From the NCBI GenBank assembly GCA_013265495.1, contig MU057951.1:93118-157117 (forward strand): 64,000 nucleotides of DNA, read 5' to 3'. Below are positions 39,728-53,259 of this stretch, one piece after another (position 1 is the first letter of the stretch; the number at the start of each line of letters is the position of its first letter). Made by a program: the position numbers and the translations under genes. This stretch comes from Vicugna vicugna. Its lineage: Eukaryota. The notes below the pieces were generated by a model. It did no database searches and was not told the DNA's origin. It saw only the letters and a program-made list of their open reading frames with translations.

Positions 39728-40102
39728 TGCATGGACTAAATTACATTTCTCCCCAAATTAATTTGTTGAAGCCCTCACCCCTAATGTGTAAGTATTTGGA
39801 GATGAGGCTTTGGGGAAATAAATAGATTTAAATGAAAATCATGAGGACGGTCCCCTCATGGTGACATTAGAGTTCCTGTAAGTAGAGATACCAAAGTTTT
39901 CTTTCTCTCTGTCTCTCACTTGTTCATGCAAAGACACAGCAAGAAGATGTCCAGCTGCAGGCAAGGAAGAAAGCCTTCAGAAGCTAGCCATGCTGCTACA
40001 CTGATCTTAGACTTGCCAGCTTCCAGAATTGAGATAAATAAATTTCTATTGTTTGTCACCCAGTTTGTGATATTTTGTTATGAGAGTCTGAGCTGAGTAA
40101 CA
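39728..40102 (+). mobile_element. MaLR solo LTR (MLT1A/MST-like)
   Basis: atggactaaatt..ccccaaattaatttgttgaagccctcacccctaatgtg..tatttggagatgaggctttggg...gacttgccagcttccagaattgagataaataaatttctattgttt...gctgagtaaca. Confidence 0.8.
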
Positions 40103-40749
40103 AAAAACCTTAATAGAAAATTGTATACAGATTCCAAAATAAAATTTGTATTTTAAGAATATTTTGCTTTAAACTTCCCAATCTCTCTTCAAATTACCAG
40201 TTTATCTTTACTACTATCATTCTTCATTCCTATGGCCCTTGAAATCATAACATGATCTGCTCAAGGGTAGAAATCACCAACTATATTTGAGTCAATGTGC
40301 ATGCTGAAATTCTGGGAATAATGATATACATTTAGCCAGACTTTTAGTTATATTACAAACCCTTCCTAAACACTGAAAGTAACATTAAGGATATAACCTT
40401 TGAAATACATTTTCTTTTCCTCTGATTTTTATGGCTGGGTAATTAAACAAAATGTATGCTTTCTCCACATGCACATTTTGTTTCTCTAATTATACCCCAT
40501 AATTCTACATTTTTGTGCTTCCATTTGTCATTTTCTATGAAATTTATTTCAATATAGATTAATGTTAGTTTTCACAAAGATTTTCATAAATGTATTTTTA
40601 TAGCCCATCAGTTCTCATGAGCTATAGATTTCCATGAGCAAAGAATCTAGGCAATGACTTAGCAGTTCAGACCTTTCTGTGTATTCCTGTTGACTTAAAC
40701 TCTCTCAGAGAAATTCCAGCTTCACCATGTTATCAAATCTCCTGATTGA

Positions 40750-41600
40750 GCAGCTGGACATCTTCTTCACTTGGGTTACTTTCATGTTTTGGCTATTATA
40801 AATAATGCAGCTGTGAACATGAGTGTACATATATTTATTTGAGTCAATGCTGTCAGTTCTTGTGGGTGTAAATCCATAGGTAGAGTTGCTAGATTATATA
40901 CTAATTTCATTTTTAATTTTTGAGGAATAGTCATACTTTTTTTAATAGGGCTAAAGCATACACTTCTGTCAAGAGTATATAAGGGTCCCAAATTCTCTAC
41001 ATCATTGCCAACACTTGTTATTTTCTGTTTTTAAGATAGTAGCCATACTAAGGGGTGTGAGGTAGTATCATTAGTGTTCTGATTTGCATTTCCCTAATGA
41101 TTACTGATGCTGAACATCTCTTAATTGCTTATTGCAATTTGTATATCTTCTTTGGAGAAATGTTTAACTTTTTTGCCCGTATTTGAATCAGGTTGTTTGC
41201 TTTTGTTGTTGTATTAATTTTCTTTATATTCTGGATATTACATATGACTTGCAAATATAGCATCCCATTCTTTGGGTTTTCTTTTAACAGTTGATATTTT
41301 CTTAATGCAAATATTTCTATATTTTCTAAATTTTTATGAAGTCAGTTTGTCTATTTTTTTTGTTACTTTTTCCTTTGTTATCATATTCAAGAAAACTTTG
41401 CCAAATCCAATATCATGAAGCACTTGCCCTATGTTTTCATTTAAGGGTTTTATGATTTTAGGTCTTACATTTAGGTCTTTGATCCATTTAGAGTTAATTT
41501 TTGTACTTCTTGATAGATATTGCTGTAACATCATTCTTTCACATGTGGATATTCATTTTTCCTAGCACCATATTTTGAAGAGGCTGTCCTTTTCCAGACA
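40750..41600 (-). mobile_element. Old L1 late-ORF2 fragment
   Basis: ORF 41334..41534 [26 protein letters not shown]. Confidence 0.8.
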
Positions 41601-42804
41601 TCAGTGTCATAATGGAATAAGACATTCCTTGTTTTTGCACTTCAAAAAATATCTTCAACAATAAATCTTCAAATACAAATATCTTCAACAAATATTTACA
41701 CATCAACAAATATCTGACATCCATTCATGAATTCATGAACATGAACTCTGTGAGAGTTGTGGGATATAGTACCATACACCAAGGGACCCAGGAGAAGTCT
41801 TGCTCACTTGTGAATCTAGCAATAGGAAGACTGACCTTAGTACAGACTGTGGAAGTGGCAGGACCTGTGATCCAGCTCTATCCTCTCATGTCTGTGGTAT
41901 GGGAACATCTGAGATCACTGACTTGGACAGATGTTCATAAACAAGAAAGCATTTGTGAAAGACCAGATTTTCAGGGAAGAATTTCCAGCACTCTGAGGGA
42001 GTGAAAATGAGTTTAGATGAAAATAAGTGTGTAAGAGGAACAAGCTGACTTTGTCAGGATCATCCCTCATTCAAAGGTGGCACAGCTTAGGACTAAACTA
42101 GCTGATTATCTCTCCCATAGGGGAAAGAAAGTGTGATAAGTAAGTGCTTGGCTTCCCCAGCTGTGAATAATTATAACTAGAGACAAAAAAAGATCATTGT
42201 ATATTGACAAGAGTGTAACTAGATCAAGAAGATACAGTGATCATAAATATATAAGTACTCGACTCTGGAACACCTACATATAGTAAGGAAACAACAATAG
42301 ATATGAAGGGAGAAACAGACAATACAAGAAGAGGAGGGGACTTCAAAACTTCACTTTCAACAATAGATAGATCACCCAGAAGAACAAAAAATCAACAAGG
42401 AAACATAGAACTTGAAATGTACTGTAGACTAAGTGGAATATATATATGACATTCTATCTAACTGAAGCAGAATACACATTCTTATCAAATGTGCACAGAA
42501 CATTCTCCAGAAAAGATCATATGATAGGACACAAGACAACTCTTAGCAAATTTATAAAGTTTGAAATCATACCAGGTAATTTTTCTAATCATAAAGGTAT
42601 AAAACTAGAAATCCACAAAAGGAAGCTGAAAATAATACAAGAATGTGGAAATTAAATAAAACATTCCTAATCAACCAGTAGGTCAAAAATTTTTAAAAAT
42701 TAAAAAATTTTTTTTAATCTGAAAAAAAATTGAAAATGGAAGCACAACATACAAAACTTACGGGATGCTGCAAAAGTAATTCTAACAGGGAAGTTTAAAG
42801 TGAT

Positions 42805-42917
42805 TATATATATATATATATATGTGTGTGTGTATATGTATATACACATATATATATAATACACACACATATATATGTGTGTATATATATATATACACAC
42901 ATACACACATATATATA
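42805..42917. repeat. Compound (TA)n/(TG)n/(CA)n microsatellite
   Basis: Directly visible. Confidence 0.9.
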
Positions 42918-43955
42918 AAATGAAAAAAGTGAGATCTCAGATAATAAACACAATAGCACATCTCGAGGAACTAGGAAAAGAAGAACAAAGTAAGCTCAAA
43001 GCTAATTGAAAAAAGGGAATGACAAATATCAAAGTAAATATTCAAATTAAAAAATCAAAAAAATAAATGACAAATATTAAGTAAAATTTAACCCAGAAAC
43101 TTAACAGAAAAAATCTGCATAACTAAGAGCAAGTTGTTTTTTTAAATAAAGAAAATTGAAAAGCCTTTACTTAGACTATGTGGGAAGACTGAAATAAATA
43201 AAATCAATACTAAAAAGAGACATTAAAATGAATACCAAAGACATCATAAGAAACTTCTATGAATCTTTATATCAGAACAAATAGGAAAACCTAAAAATGG
43301 ATAAATACTTAGAAATATATAATTACCAAGAGTAAATAATGAACAAAATAAAAAATACAAATGAACCAATACAAGTAAGGAGATTGAACCAGTGATCAAA
43401 AACATTCCAACTAAATAAATCTCAAGAACAGATAGATTTACCTGGCAAATTCTAACAAATATTTAAAGAATTAACACCAATCTTTTTCATCCTCCCCAAA
43501 AAAAATCAAAGGGAAAGGGATACACACAAAATCATTCTACAAGGCTAGGAATACCATTACATCAAAGCCAGATAGGAACATTACTAGAAAAGAAAGCTAC
43601 TGACCACTATCTCTTATAGTTGCAGATGCAAAAATTATCAAGAAAATATTAGCAAAGTGAATTCAACATTACATTAAAAGATTGCTCAACATACACAATT
43701 ATACACCACATTAATAGAATAAAAGATAAAAATCAGATAATCATCTCAATAGATGCAAAAAGAGAATTTGACAAAATGCAACACTCTTTCATGATAAAAG
43801 CACTCAGAAAATTGGTTATAGAAGGAACATAATTCAGCATAACAAAGATCATGAATGACAAGCCTTCAGCTGACATTACATACAACACTGAAAGGTACAA
43901 AGGTTTTTTTCCCTAAAATCAGGAGCAAGAAAAGAGTGCCCACTCTCAACACTCT

Positions 43956-46002
43956 TTCTTTTTCTTTGTTTTTGGTTTTTTGTCTCATGTTTGTTTGTTT
44001 TTTGTTTCTTTCAACATTTTTATTGATTTATTGTCATTTTACAATGTTGTGTCAAATTCCAGTGTAGAGCACAATTTTTCAGTTATTCATGAACATATAT
44101 ATATATTCATTGTCATATTTTTTTCTCTGTGAGCTACCATAAGATCTTGTGCATATTTCCCTGTGCTATACAGTATAATCTTGTTTATCTATTCTACAAT
44201 TTTGAAATCCCATCTATTCCTTCCTACCCTCTGCCCCCTTGGCAATCCCAAATTTGTATTCTATGTCTATGAGTTTGTTTCTGTTTTGTGTTTATGTTTT
44301 CTTTGTTTTTGTTTTTTGATTCCACATATGAGTGATCTCACACGGTATTTTTCTTTCTCTTTCTGGCTTACTTCACTTAGAATGACATTCTCCAGGAGCA
44401 TCCATGTTGCTGCAAATGGCGTTATGTTGTCTGTTTTTATGGCTGAATAGTATTCCATTGAATAAATATACCACCTCTTCTTTATCCAGTCATCCGTTGA
44501 TGGACATTTAGGCTGTCTCCATGTCTTGGCTATTGTAAATAGTGCTGCTATGAACATTGGGGTGCAGGTGTCATCCTGAAGTAGGGTTCCTTCTGGATAC
44601 AAGCCCAGGAGTGGGATTCCTGGGTCAAATGTTAAGTCTATTCCTAGTCTTTTGAGGAATCTCCACACTGTTTTCCACAGTGGCTGCACCAAACTGCATT
44701 CCCACCAGCAGTGTAGGAGGGTTCCCCTTTCTCCACAGCCTCTCCAGCATTTGTCATTTGTGGATTTTGGGATAATGGCAATTCTGACTGGTGTGAGGTG
44801 ATACCTCATTGTAGTTTTGATTTGCATTTCTCTGATAATTAGTGATATTTAGTATTTTCTCATGTGACCATTGATCATTTGTATGTCTTCCATGGAGAAT
44901 TGTTTGTTTAGGTCTTCTGCCCATTTTTTGGAGTGGGTTGTTTCGTTGTTTCTTATTAAGTCATATGAGCTGCTTATATATTTTGGATATCAAGCCTTTG
45001 TCGGTTTCATTTGCAAACATTTTCTCCCATTCCGTAGATTGTATTTTTGTTTTACTTATGGTTTCCTTTGCTGTGCAGAAACTTGTAAGTTTCACTAGGT
45101 CCCATTTGTATTCTTGCTTTTATTTCTATTGCTTCCATAGACTGTTCTAGGAGAACATTTTTGAGATGTATGTCAGATCATGTTTTGCCTATATTTTCTT
45201 CTAGGAGGTTGATTGTATCTTTTCTTCTTTTAAAGTCATTGATCCATCTTGAGTTGATTTTTGTGTATGGTGTAAGGGAGTGTTCTAGCTTCACTGATTT
45301 ACATGCTACTGTCAAGTTTTCCCAAAACTATTTGTTGAAGAGACTGTCTTTATTCCATTGTATATTCTTAACTCCTTTGTCAAAAATGAGTTGAGCAAAA
45401 GTTTGTGGGTTCATGTCTGGGCTCTCTATTCTGTTCCATTGGTCTATATGTCTGCTTTTGTACCAATACCATGCTGTCTTGATGACTGTAGCTCTATAGT
45501 ATTGTCTGAAGTTTGGGAGAGTTATTCCTCCAGTTTCTTTCTTTCTCTTCAGTAATTCTTTGGCAATTTTAGGTCTTTGATGGTTCCACATAAATTTTAT
45601 TATGATTTGTTCTATTTCTGTGAAATATGCCCTGTGTAATTTGATAGGGATTGCATTAAATCTGTAGATTGCCTCGGGCAGTGTGACCATTTAAACAATA
45701 TTGATTCTTCAAATCCAAGAGTATGGGATATCTTTCCGTTTTTTAAAGCCTTCTTTAATTTCCTTCATCAATGGTTTATAGTTTTCTGTGTATAATTCTT
45801 TCACCTTCTTGGTTAAGTTTATTCTAGATATTTTACTACTTTGGGTGCTATTTTAAAGGGGATTGTTTCTTTACTTTCTTTTTCTGTTGATTCATAGTTA
45901 GTGTAAAGGAATGCAACTGATTTTTGAATGTTAATCTTGTAACCTGCTACCTTGCTGAGTTCTTCGATCAGCTCTAGTAGTTTTTGTGTTGAGCTTATAG
46001 GG
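43956..46002 (-). mobile_element. 5'-truncated fairly young L1 (about 2 kb) with a 15-bp TSD
   Basis: ORF 44267..44827 ends [26 protein letters not shown] (43941-43955) / CACTCTTACCACTCT (46003-46017). Confidence 0.92.
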
Positions 46003-46612
46003 CACTCTTACCACTCTCATTCAATATAATATCAGAAGTACTGGCTAGAGCAACCAGGCAAATTTTTAAAATGACATCCAACTCAGAAATGATTGTATAT
46101 ATAGAAAATCCTAAAACCAAATTAAATTAATTATTAAATTCTGGAAAGTTTCAGATCAAAAAAATTAACATACCGATATCACTTTTATTTCTATACATTA
46201 ACAATGAAATATATTAAAATATTTAAAAAGCATTCTCATTTACAGCATTAAAAATAATACAATAATTTATAAACTTAAACAAGGAAGTGAAAGATTTATA
46301 TAGTGAAAAATACAAGACTTTAATTAAAGAAATTGAAGAAGACATAAACAAATATAAAGATATCCTGTGATTAAGGATCAGAATAATTAATATTGTTAAA
46401 AAGTCCATACTACCAAAAGTAATTACAGATTGAATAGCTCCTTATTAGGACTCCAATAACATTTTTCACACAAATAGAAAAAAAATCCTAACATTTATAT
46501 GGACCCACAAGTGTGATAAATGATACAAAGCAATCCTAAGAAAAACTGGAGGTATTACACTTCTTGATTTTAAACTATATAACAGAGTTTAAGTTTTCAA
46601 AACAGCATGCAA

Positions 46613-46907
46613 GTACACAGTATTTGCATAGAATACAGTACACAGAACATAGAATACAGAAAACAGAATATAGAATACAGAATACAGAACAGGGAATGTA
46701 GAATATAGAAAACAGAATTTAGAATAAAGAATACAGAATACAGAATGCAGAACACAAAATATAGAATATAGAAAACAGAATACAGTGTATAGAATACAGA
46801 ACACAGAATGTAGAATACAGATCACAGAACACAGAATGTAGAAACAGAAAGTAGAATTTAGAAATCAGAATGTAGAATATAGAACACAGAATACAGAACA
46901 TAGAAAA
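46613..46907 (+). repeat. Degenerate heptamer tandem repeat (AGAAYAY)n
   Basis: agaatac/agaacac/agaatat/agaaaac/agaatgt units, about 40 copies. Confidence 0.92.
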
Positions 46908-47439
46908 AAAACAGCATGCAAATAGAAAAAATTGTCATATTGATCAATTGAATAGTATTGATAGTCCATAAACAAACTCCCCTGTATATTGTCAACTAAT
47001 ATTTGACAAGGAAGTCATGACTAATCAATGGTGAAATGATAGTCTCTTCAGTAAATGGTGGGGAGAAAACTAGATTACCATGTGCAGAAAAATGAAATCA
47101 TATCCCTATCTTACACCACTAAGAAAAATCAACTAGAAATGGATTACAGATTTATTTGATACCTGAAACTTAAAACTCCTAGAAGAAAACAGGGAAAAAA
47201 CTTTAAGACATTGGCCTTGGGGAAAAACTGATTTGACATCAAATGCACAAGCAATAAAGGCAAAAACCAATAAATAAAATTACATCCAACTAAGAAGCTT
47301 CTGCACAGCAATAAAACTAATCAATACAATGAACTAGCATCCTACTTAATTGGAGAAAATATTTCCAAGTCATATATTTGACAAAGCATTATTATCCAAA
47401 GTATGTTTTTAAAAACTCAGACAGCCTTCAGCAAAGAAA

Positions 47440-50400
47440 AGACTAAGTGTCTTCACTGATGTATTCTACCAAACATTTAAGGAAGCATTAGTATCAATCC
47501 TTAAACTCTTCCATAAAACAGAATAGCAAGAAAATTTTTAACTCAATTTTTGAAGTCAGCATTACTCTCATACCAAATTCATACAAGAACACTGCAAGAA
47601 TACAAAAAATTATAGGTCAATATTCCTGATGAGCATAGATGCAAAGATTCTAAACAAAAGATAAAAATTTGAGTTTAACAATACATTAAAAATATCTTAC
47701 ACCATGATCAAGTGAGATTTATTTCTGCAATATTAGTCTGGCTCAAAATATTTAAATTGATAAGTGTGACATACTACATTAACAAAATAAACTATAAAAA
47801 TATTATCTAAATATATGCAGAAAAAAGCATTTGACAGAATTTAAGATCCTTCAATGACAAGAACTCTCAAGAAATAACCTTGAAGAAATAAACCTTAACA
47901 TAATAAAGGCAACATATGACAAGCCCAGATTTAACACCAAACTCAGTGTTGAAAAGCTGAAAGCATTTTTTCTAATATCAGAGCAAGACAAGGGTGAATA
48001 ATCTCATTCTTTCCATTAAACATTATACTGGAAATCCTAGCAAGAGCAATTAGAAAAGAGAAAGAAACAAAATACATCTAAATTGAAAATAAAAATGTAA
48101 AATTGTCTCTGCAGTTGTCATAATTTTATATATAGAATATCTTAAACATTCCACTAAAACACTGTTAAAACTAATAAACAAATTCAGCAAAATTCAGGAT
48201 GCTAAATCAACATTCAAGACAGTTTAATTTATATACACTAACACTATGTTATCTTGCCATATTAATAAAGCAAACCTATTTACTACAGCCTCAATAGCAT
48301 CGAAAATAATATAATAGGTAGTAATAAATTTAACCAAGGAGGTAAAAAAATCTGTAAATAAAAATTGTAAAAAATTGATTAAATAAATCTAGTAAGGCAC
48401 AAATAAATGGAAAAACATCTTGTGTTCATGAAATGGAAAAATTAATTTGTTAAATTTTCCATTCTACTGAAAACAATATACAGACTCAATGGGATCCTTA
48501 TGGAAATTTCAGGGGCATTATTTACAAAAATAGAAAAAAAGTAATTCTAAAATTTGTATGCAAAAATACACCTTAAATAACTAAGAAAATCTAAAGCAAG
48601 AAAGACAAATCCAGCAGCCTCACACTTTTTTCCCTTTGAAGTATATTACAAAACTATAGTAAATAAAAGAATAAAGTACAGAAGACATATAGATGACCAG
48701 CAGGTACAGGAAAAGATGCTCAACATTCCTAATTATTAGAGAATTGCAAATCAAAACTGCAGTGAGGTACCATATCACCCCAGTAAGAATGGGCATCATC
48801 AAAATGTCTACAAATAATAAATGCTGGAGAGGCTATAGAAAAAAGGGTATTCTGCTACACTGTTGGTGGGAATGTAAATTGGTGCAGCCACTATGGAGAA
48901 CAGTATGGAGGTCCCTTAAATAACTAAACACAGAGTTACCATATGCTCTAGCAATCCTGGGCGTAGAGTTGGAAAAGATGAAAATTCTAGTTCAAAAAGA
49001 TACACTCACCACAGTGTTCATAGCATCACTATTTGCAATAGTCAAGACATATAAACAACCTAAATGTCCACTGAAAGATGAATGGATAAAGAAGATATAA
49101 TATATATATTACACAATGGAATATTAGCCATAAAAAGAATGAAGTAATGTTATTTTCAACAACATGGATGGATCTAGAGATTATCATACTAAATGAAACC
49201 AAACAAAGACAGCTATTATATAATGTCTCTTATATGTGGAATCTAAAAAAAGGACATAAATGAACTTATTTACAAAACAGAAATAGACTTGCCAACATAG
49301 AAAACAAGCTTATTACTGAAGGGGAAAGTGGTGGATAAATTAGGGATTTGGGATTAGCAGATACACACTGCTATATATAAAATAGATAGACAATAAGAAC
49401 CTACCATATGGCACAGGAAGCTATATTCAGTATCTTGAAAGAACCTATCATGGGAAAGAATCTGATAATTATGAATCACTTTGCTGTGTACCTGAAACAT
49501 TGCAAGTCAACTATACTTCAATAAATTAGAAAAAAAGTATAGTACAGGCATAAAATCAAACCATTGGAATAAAAGAAGGAGTCTAGAAATAATATCTCAT
49601 ATATATGGTCAACTAATTTTTGACAAAGTTTCCAACAATACAAAATGGGGAAAGGATAGTGTCTTCAATAGCTGTTGCTGGGAAAATTGCATCTATAATG
49701 CAAAAATTAAAATAGGATCTTATTTCTATTCCATACAGAAAAAATCAACTCAAAATATATTAGCCTTGAAACTTTAAAACTCCTTGGAGAAACAGCAGAA
49801 AAAACTCCTTGACATTGTTCTTGGCAAAGAATTTTTTGGATATTATACCAAAAGCACAAACAACAAAAGCAAAAATAAACAAGACATCAGACTAAAAAAA
49901 CTTCTGCACAACAGAGGAAACAATCAACAAAACAAGAGGGCAACATATGGAATGGGAGAAAATATTTACAAACCCTATATCTAATAAGGAGTAAGTATCC
50001 AAAATGTATATGGAACTCATACAATTCAGTAGCATAAAAATTTAACCTTATTAAAAAATGGATGAAGGACCTGAAAAAAGACATTTCCAAAGAAGACATA
50101 AAAATAGTCAAAATGTATATAAAAAGACGTTCAACATTACAGTCATCAAGAAAATGCAGATCTCTACTATAATGAGATATCATCTCATACCTGTTAGGAT
50201 ACCTATTATTAAAAAGTCAAAAGATAAAATGTTTTAACCAGGATGAGAAGAAAAAAAAATACTTGTGTGTTGGTAGTAATATAAATTGGTACAGACATTA
50301 TGTAATACATTAAGGAATTTTCTCAAAAAATTAAAAAATAAAATTGCCATATGATCAAGATCACCTCTGGGTATTGTATTCAAAGGAAATTAAACCAGTA

Positions 50401-50845
50401 TCTTGAAGAGGTATCTGCACTCTCAAGTTTATTGTAACATTTTCACACTAGTCTAGATACATAAACATTCTAAATGTCTGTTTATAAATCAGTGGGTGAG
50501 AAAATATGGTATTACTAAATATGTCTATCTATCTATGTATCTATCTATCAATAGTAAAATATTACTCAGCCTTAAGGAAGAAGGAAACCCTGTCATTTGC
50601 ACCAACATGATGGAAACTGGTGAACATTATGCTAAGTGAAATAACCTAAATATAGAGAGACAGAATATCACATAATCTTACTTATATGTGGAATTTCAAA
50701 AGAAAGAGTCCATCTCATTGAAATAGAGAGTAGAAAGGTAGTTACCAGTATCTGGGGCTAATTTCATTTTGTTATGAAATTCTCAACCAGGTAAAATATG
50801 TACATGTTTTATTTGTCAATTTTACCTCAATAAAGCTAAAAAAGG
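47440..50845 (+). mobile_element. Old L1 from the RT region to the 3' end, with a nested L1 3' end at about 48682-49535
   Basis: RT-like tataggtcaatattcctgatgagcatagatgcaaagattc. Nested ORF 48693..48923 KCWRGY..LHCWWEC is flanked by AAAGTACAG / AAAGTATAG. Host ends cctcaataaagctaaaaaa. Confidence 0.8.
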
Positions 50846-50849
50846 AAAT

Positions 50850-52860
50850 ACAATATAACATATAATAAATGAAGTTACAATGAAAATTAAAAGATATCCT
50901 AGAAAATCTCCTTAATGCCTAAAATGCAGTAATGGGGCTATAAATGTATTTTAAAAATAAGACATTTAGAAATGCAATAACAAAATAGCAGTAAATATTA
51001 TCTTACCTATTATTGCATTACATGTTAATGGATAAAACACTCCAAGTTAAATATTGGTAGAATTGATTTTTGTAAAGGATTCAACTATATCCTATTTATA
51101 CAAAACATGATTTAGACTAAAAGACACAAATGGGTTGAAAGTAATAGGATGAAAAAATCATATCCAAAATCAAATGAGATTAACTGTACTAATAAAAGCA
51201 AAACTTTAAGACAAAAACCGATACTATAGACACAGGCGACATTGTATAATGACAAAATATTCAATATGAAATATGTAACACTTATAAACATATGTGAAAA
51301 TCACTTCAGGCTCCAAAGTACATGGAGAATAGAACTGTTGGAATGGAAGGGAAAAAAAGATAATTCAGCAATTATACTTAGAAAGTTAAATTTTATCATT
51401 GATTGTTACAGGAGATACAGGATATGTGCAGAGCCTCAAAGATTCTACCCCAAAATATTTATTAACTCCTATGAAGATTTTTAAATTCCTGAAATATTCT
51501 CCCTACAGGAAGTGGAGTTTAATTCCAGTCTCTTTGAATTCAAATTTGATTGAGGTCCTGGATTTCACATAAAATATTATAAAACTGGGGAAAGAAGTAA
51601 CTTCCAGTAGTGAAACCACCTTACCAAATGATCAGTGTTTGCATTATCAGTAATTAAATCATGTTAACATAATGTATCCCTTGATAATATGCAATGAGAA
51701 GGACACATCACCTCTGTGATATTCTTTTTATATATTACAGAATTATTGTTCCACTATTTTATTTTATTTTTTTCTGAAGTACAGTCAATTACAATGTGTC
51801 AATCTCTGATGTAAAACACAATGCCCAGTCATGCATATAAAGAAGTTATGGTACATATATACAATGGAATACCTCTGTGATATTCTCGCCAAAAATATAA
51901 AACTCCACTTGTTCACAAGAAAAACATCAGACAATCTTAAATCGATAGGTATTCTACAAAATACCTAATAAATACTCCTTGAAAGTTTCAAGGTCAAAAA
52001 AATAGAAAGCCTGAAAAACTCACTGAGGTGACTAAAAAGGCATAATAAATAATGGAACAAGGTACTGAATTGGGTCCTGACAGAAAACAAACAAAGAGTA
52101 TTCATTTTGCAAACAATAGGGAAAAATGAAGAAGAACAAAGTTGGAGTATTTACACTATCAAATTTAAAACGCTGTACAAATCTACACTAATTAAGATAA
52201 TATGCTAATATCACAAGGTTAGACAGATGTATATAACAGAATAGAGTACCAAAACATAACCACTATAGGCTAAATTAATTTTTATAAGAGACACCAGTAG
52301 AATATAGTGATGAAATAAATGTTTTTAAATAAATTTTGCTGGACTAATTGGGATAACACTATTGAAAAATTGCCTGTCTATCTATCTTGACTCATACATC
52401 ACACTCTAAACAAAAATTATCTCAAAGTGGATTAGGATGTAAACATAAAAGTCAAAACTGTTAAGTTTCTTTTTTTAACTATAAAATTTCTAGAAAACTT
52501 ATAGGATGATATCTTTGGGCTTTTGGGGTGTGATATCTCTTAAAATGAAAAAAAATGAATAAAGTGGATTTGCCTATTAAACCTTTTCCTCTTGAAATAA
52601 ATACAGCATTACAAAAGTAAATAAGTAACACAAAGACAAGGAAAAAATATACAATACATATATCTGATAAATAATTTGTCTTCAGAATATATATAAAAAT
52701 ATTTTACAACAAAGTTGTAGTAAGACAAAGAACTCAATAAAAATGAGAGAAAATACTTGAAAGAGACATTTGACAAAAAAAGAGCCACTAATCACATAAA
52801 AAAATGTGCTCAACATGGTTAGTTTTCAAGGAAATGTAAACTGAATCCTAATGAGAATGT
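50850..52860 (+). mobile_element. Mosaic of ancient L1 fragments (EN start, L1MC-like 3' region, late ORF2)
   Basis: cattacatgttaatggataaaacactccaa (NVNG-like); aagaagaacaaagttggagtatttacactatcaaattt. Confidence 0.6.
51726..51870 (-). mobile_element. 145-bp L1 insertion with a 5' inversion and a perfect 16-bp TSD
   Basis: ACCTCTGTGATATTCT at 51710-51725 and 51871-51886. Inside: antisense L1 3' terminus followed by a sense ORF2-end fragment. Confidence 0.85.
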
Positions 52861-53259
52861 GATATCAGCATTCTGGCAGAATAGGAGTCTCAAAGTTCTA
52901 GTTCCTCCATGGAAAGAAAGCAACAAGCAGAAATTGAGAAACAATTTCATTAGAACTCTGGAAAATAGTCAAAATGTACAATGATCAAGCAAATGCTAAA
53001 TCAAGAAAAAGGCTCTTCAAAACTTCAGAAATGTTTGTGTTTATTCTATTTGCCCTTACCAGACCCCTTTGAGGAACAAGAGTGGTTTAGTTTTGGAAGC
53101 CACAACAACTTGCATTTCCAGTGTGGGAAACAGTTCCTTTGTTCTGGAGGTATAACACCAAACTTCAATAAAAATTACTGTACTTGTCTGTTCTAAACTA
53201 GGCACTGCCCAAAGGACTAGCACAAGGGTTCAGGACAAAAAAGCAGGAAGAATTAAAAA

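Larger units (their letters stand above)
42170..47435 (+). mobile_element. Old L1 ORF2, interrupted by a younger L1 (43956-46002) and a 7-mer repeat
   Basis: ORF 42446..42655 AEYTFLSNVHRTFSRKDHMIGHK. The RT sequence resumes colinearly after the insertion. Confidence 0.8.

Noticed and set aside
37200..40740. Possible host exon or conserved element in the low-repeat interval
   Set aside because: No convincing ORF or exon structure is visible and part of it is MIR, MLT1 or L2-like relic. A small exon cannot be excluded without conservation or RNA data.
41640..41720. Short repeated AAATATCTTCAACAA units
   Set aside because: Ordinary local slippage duplication with no further structure.
46613..46907. 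Possible CRISPR-like array or repetitive protein (ORFs 46589..46825, 46719..46901)
   Set aside because: No unique spacers, eukaryotic context; the ORFs are translations of a 7-mer repeat.
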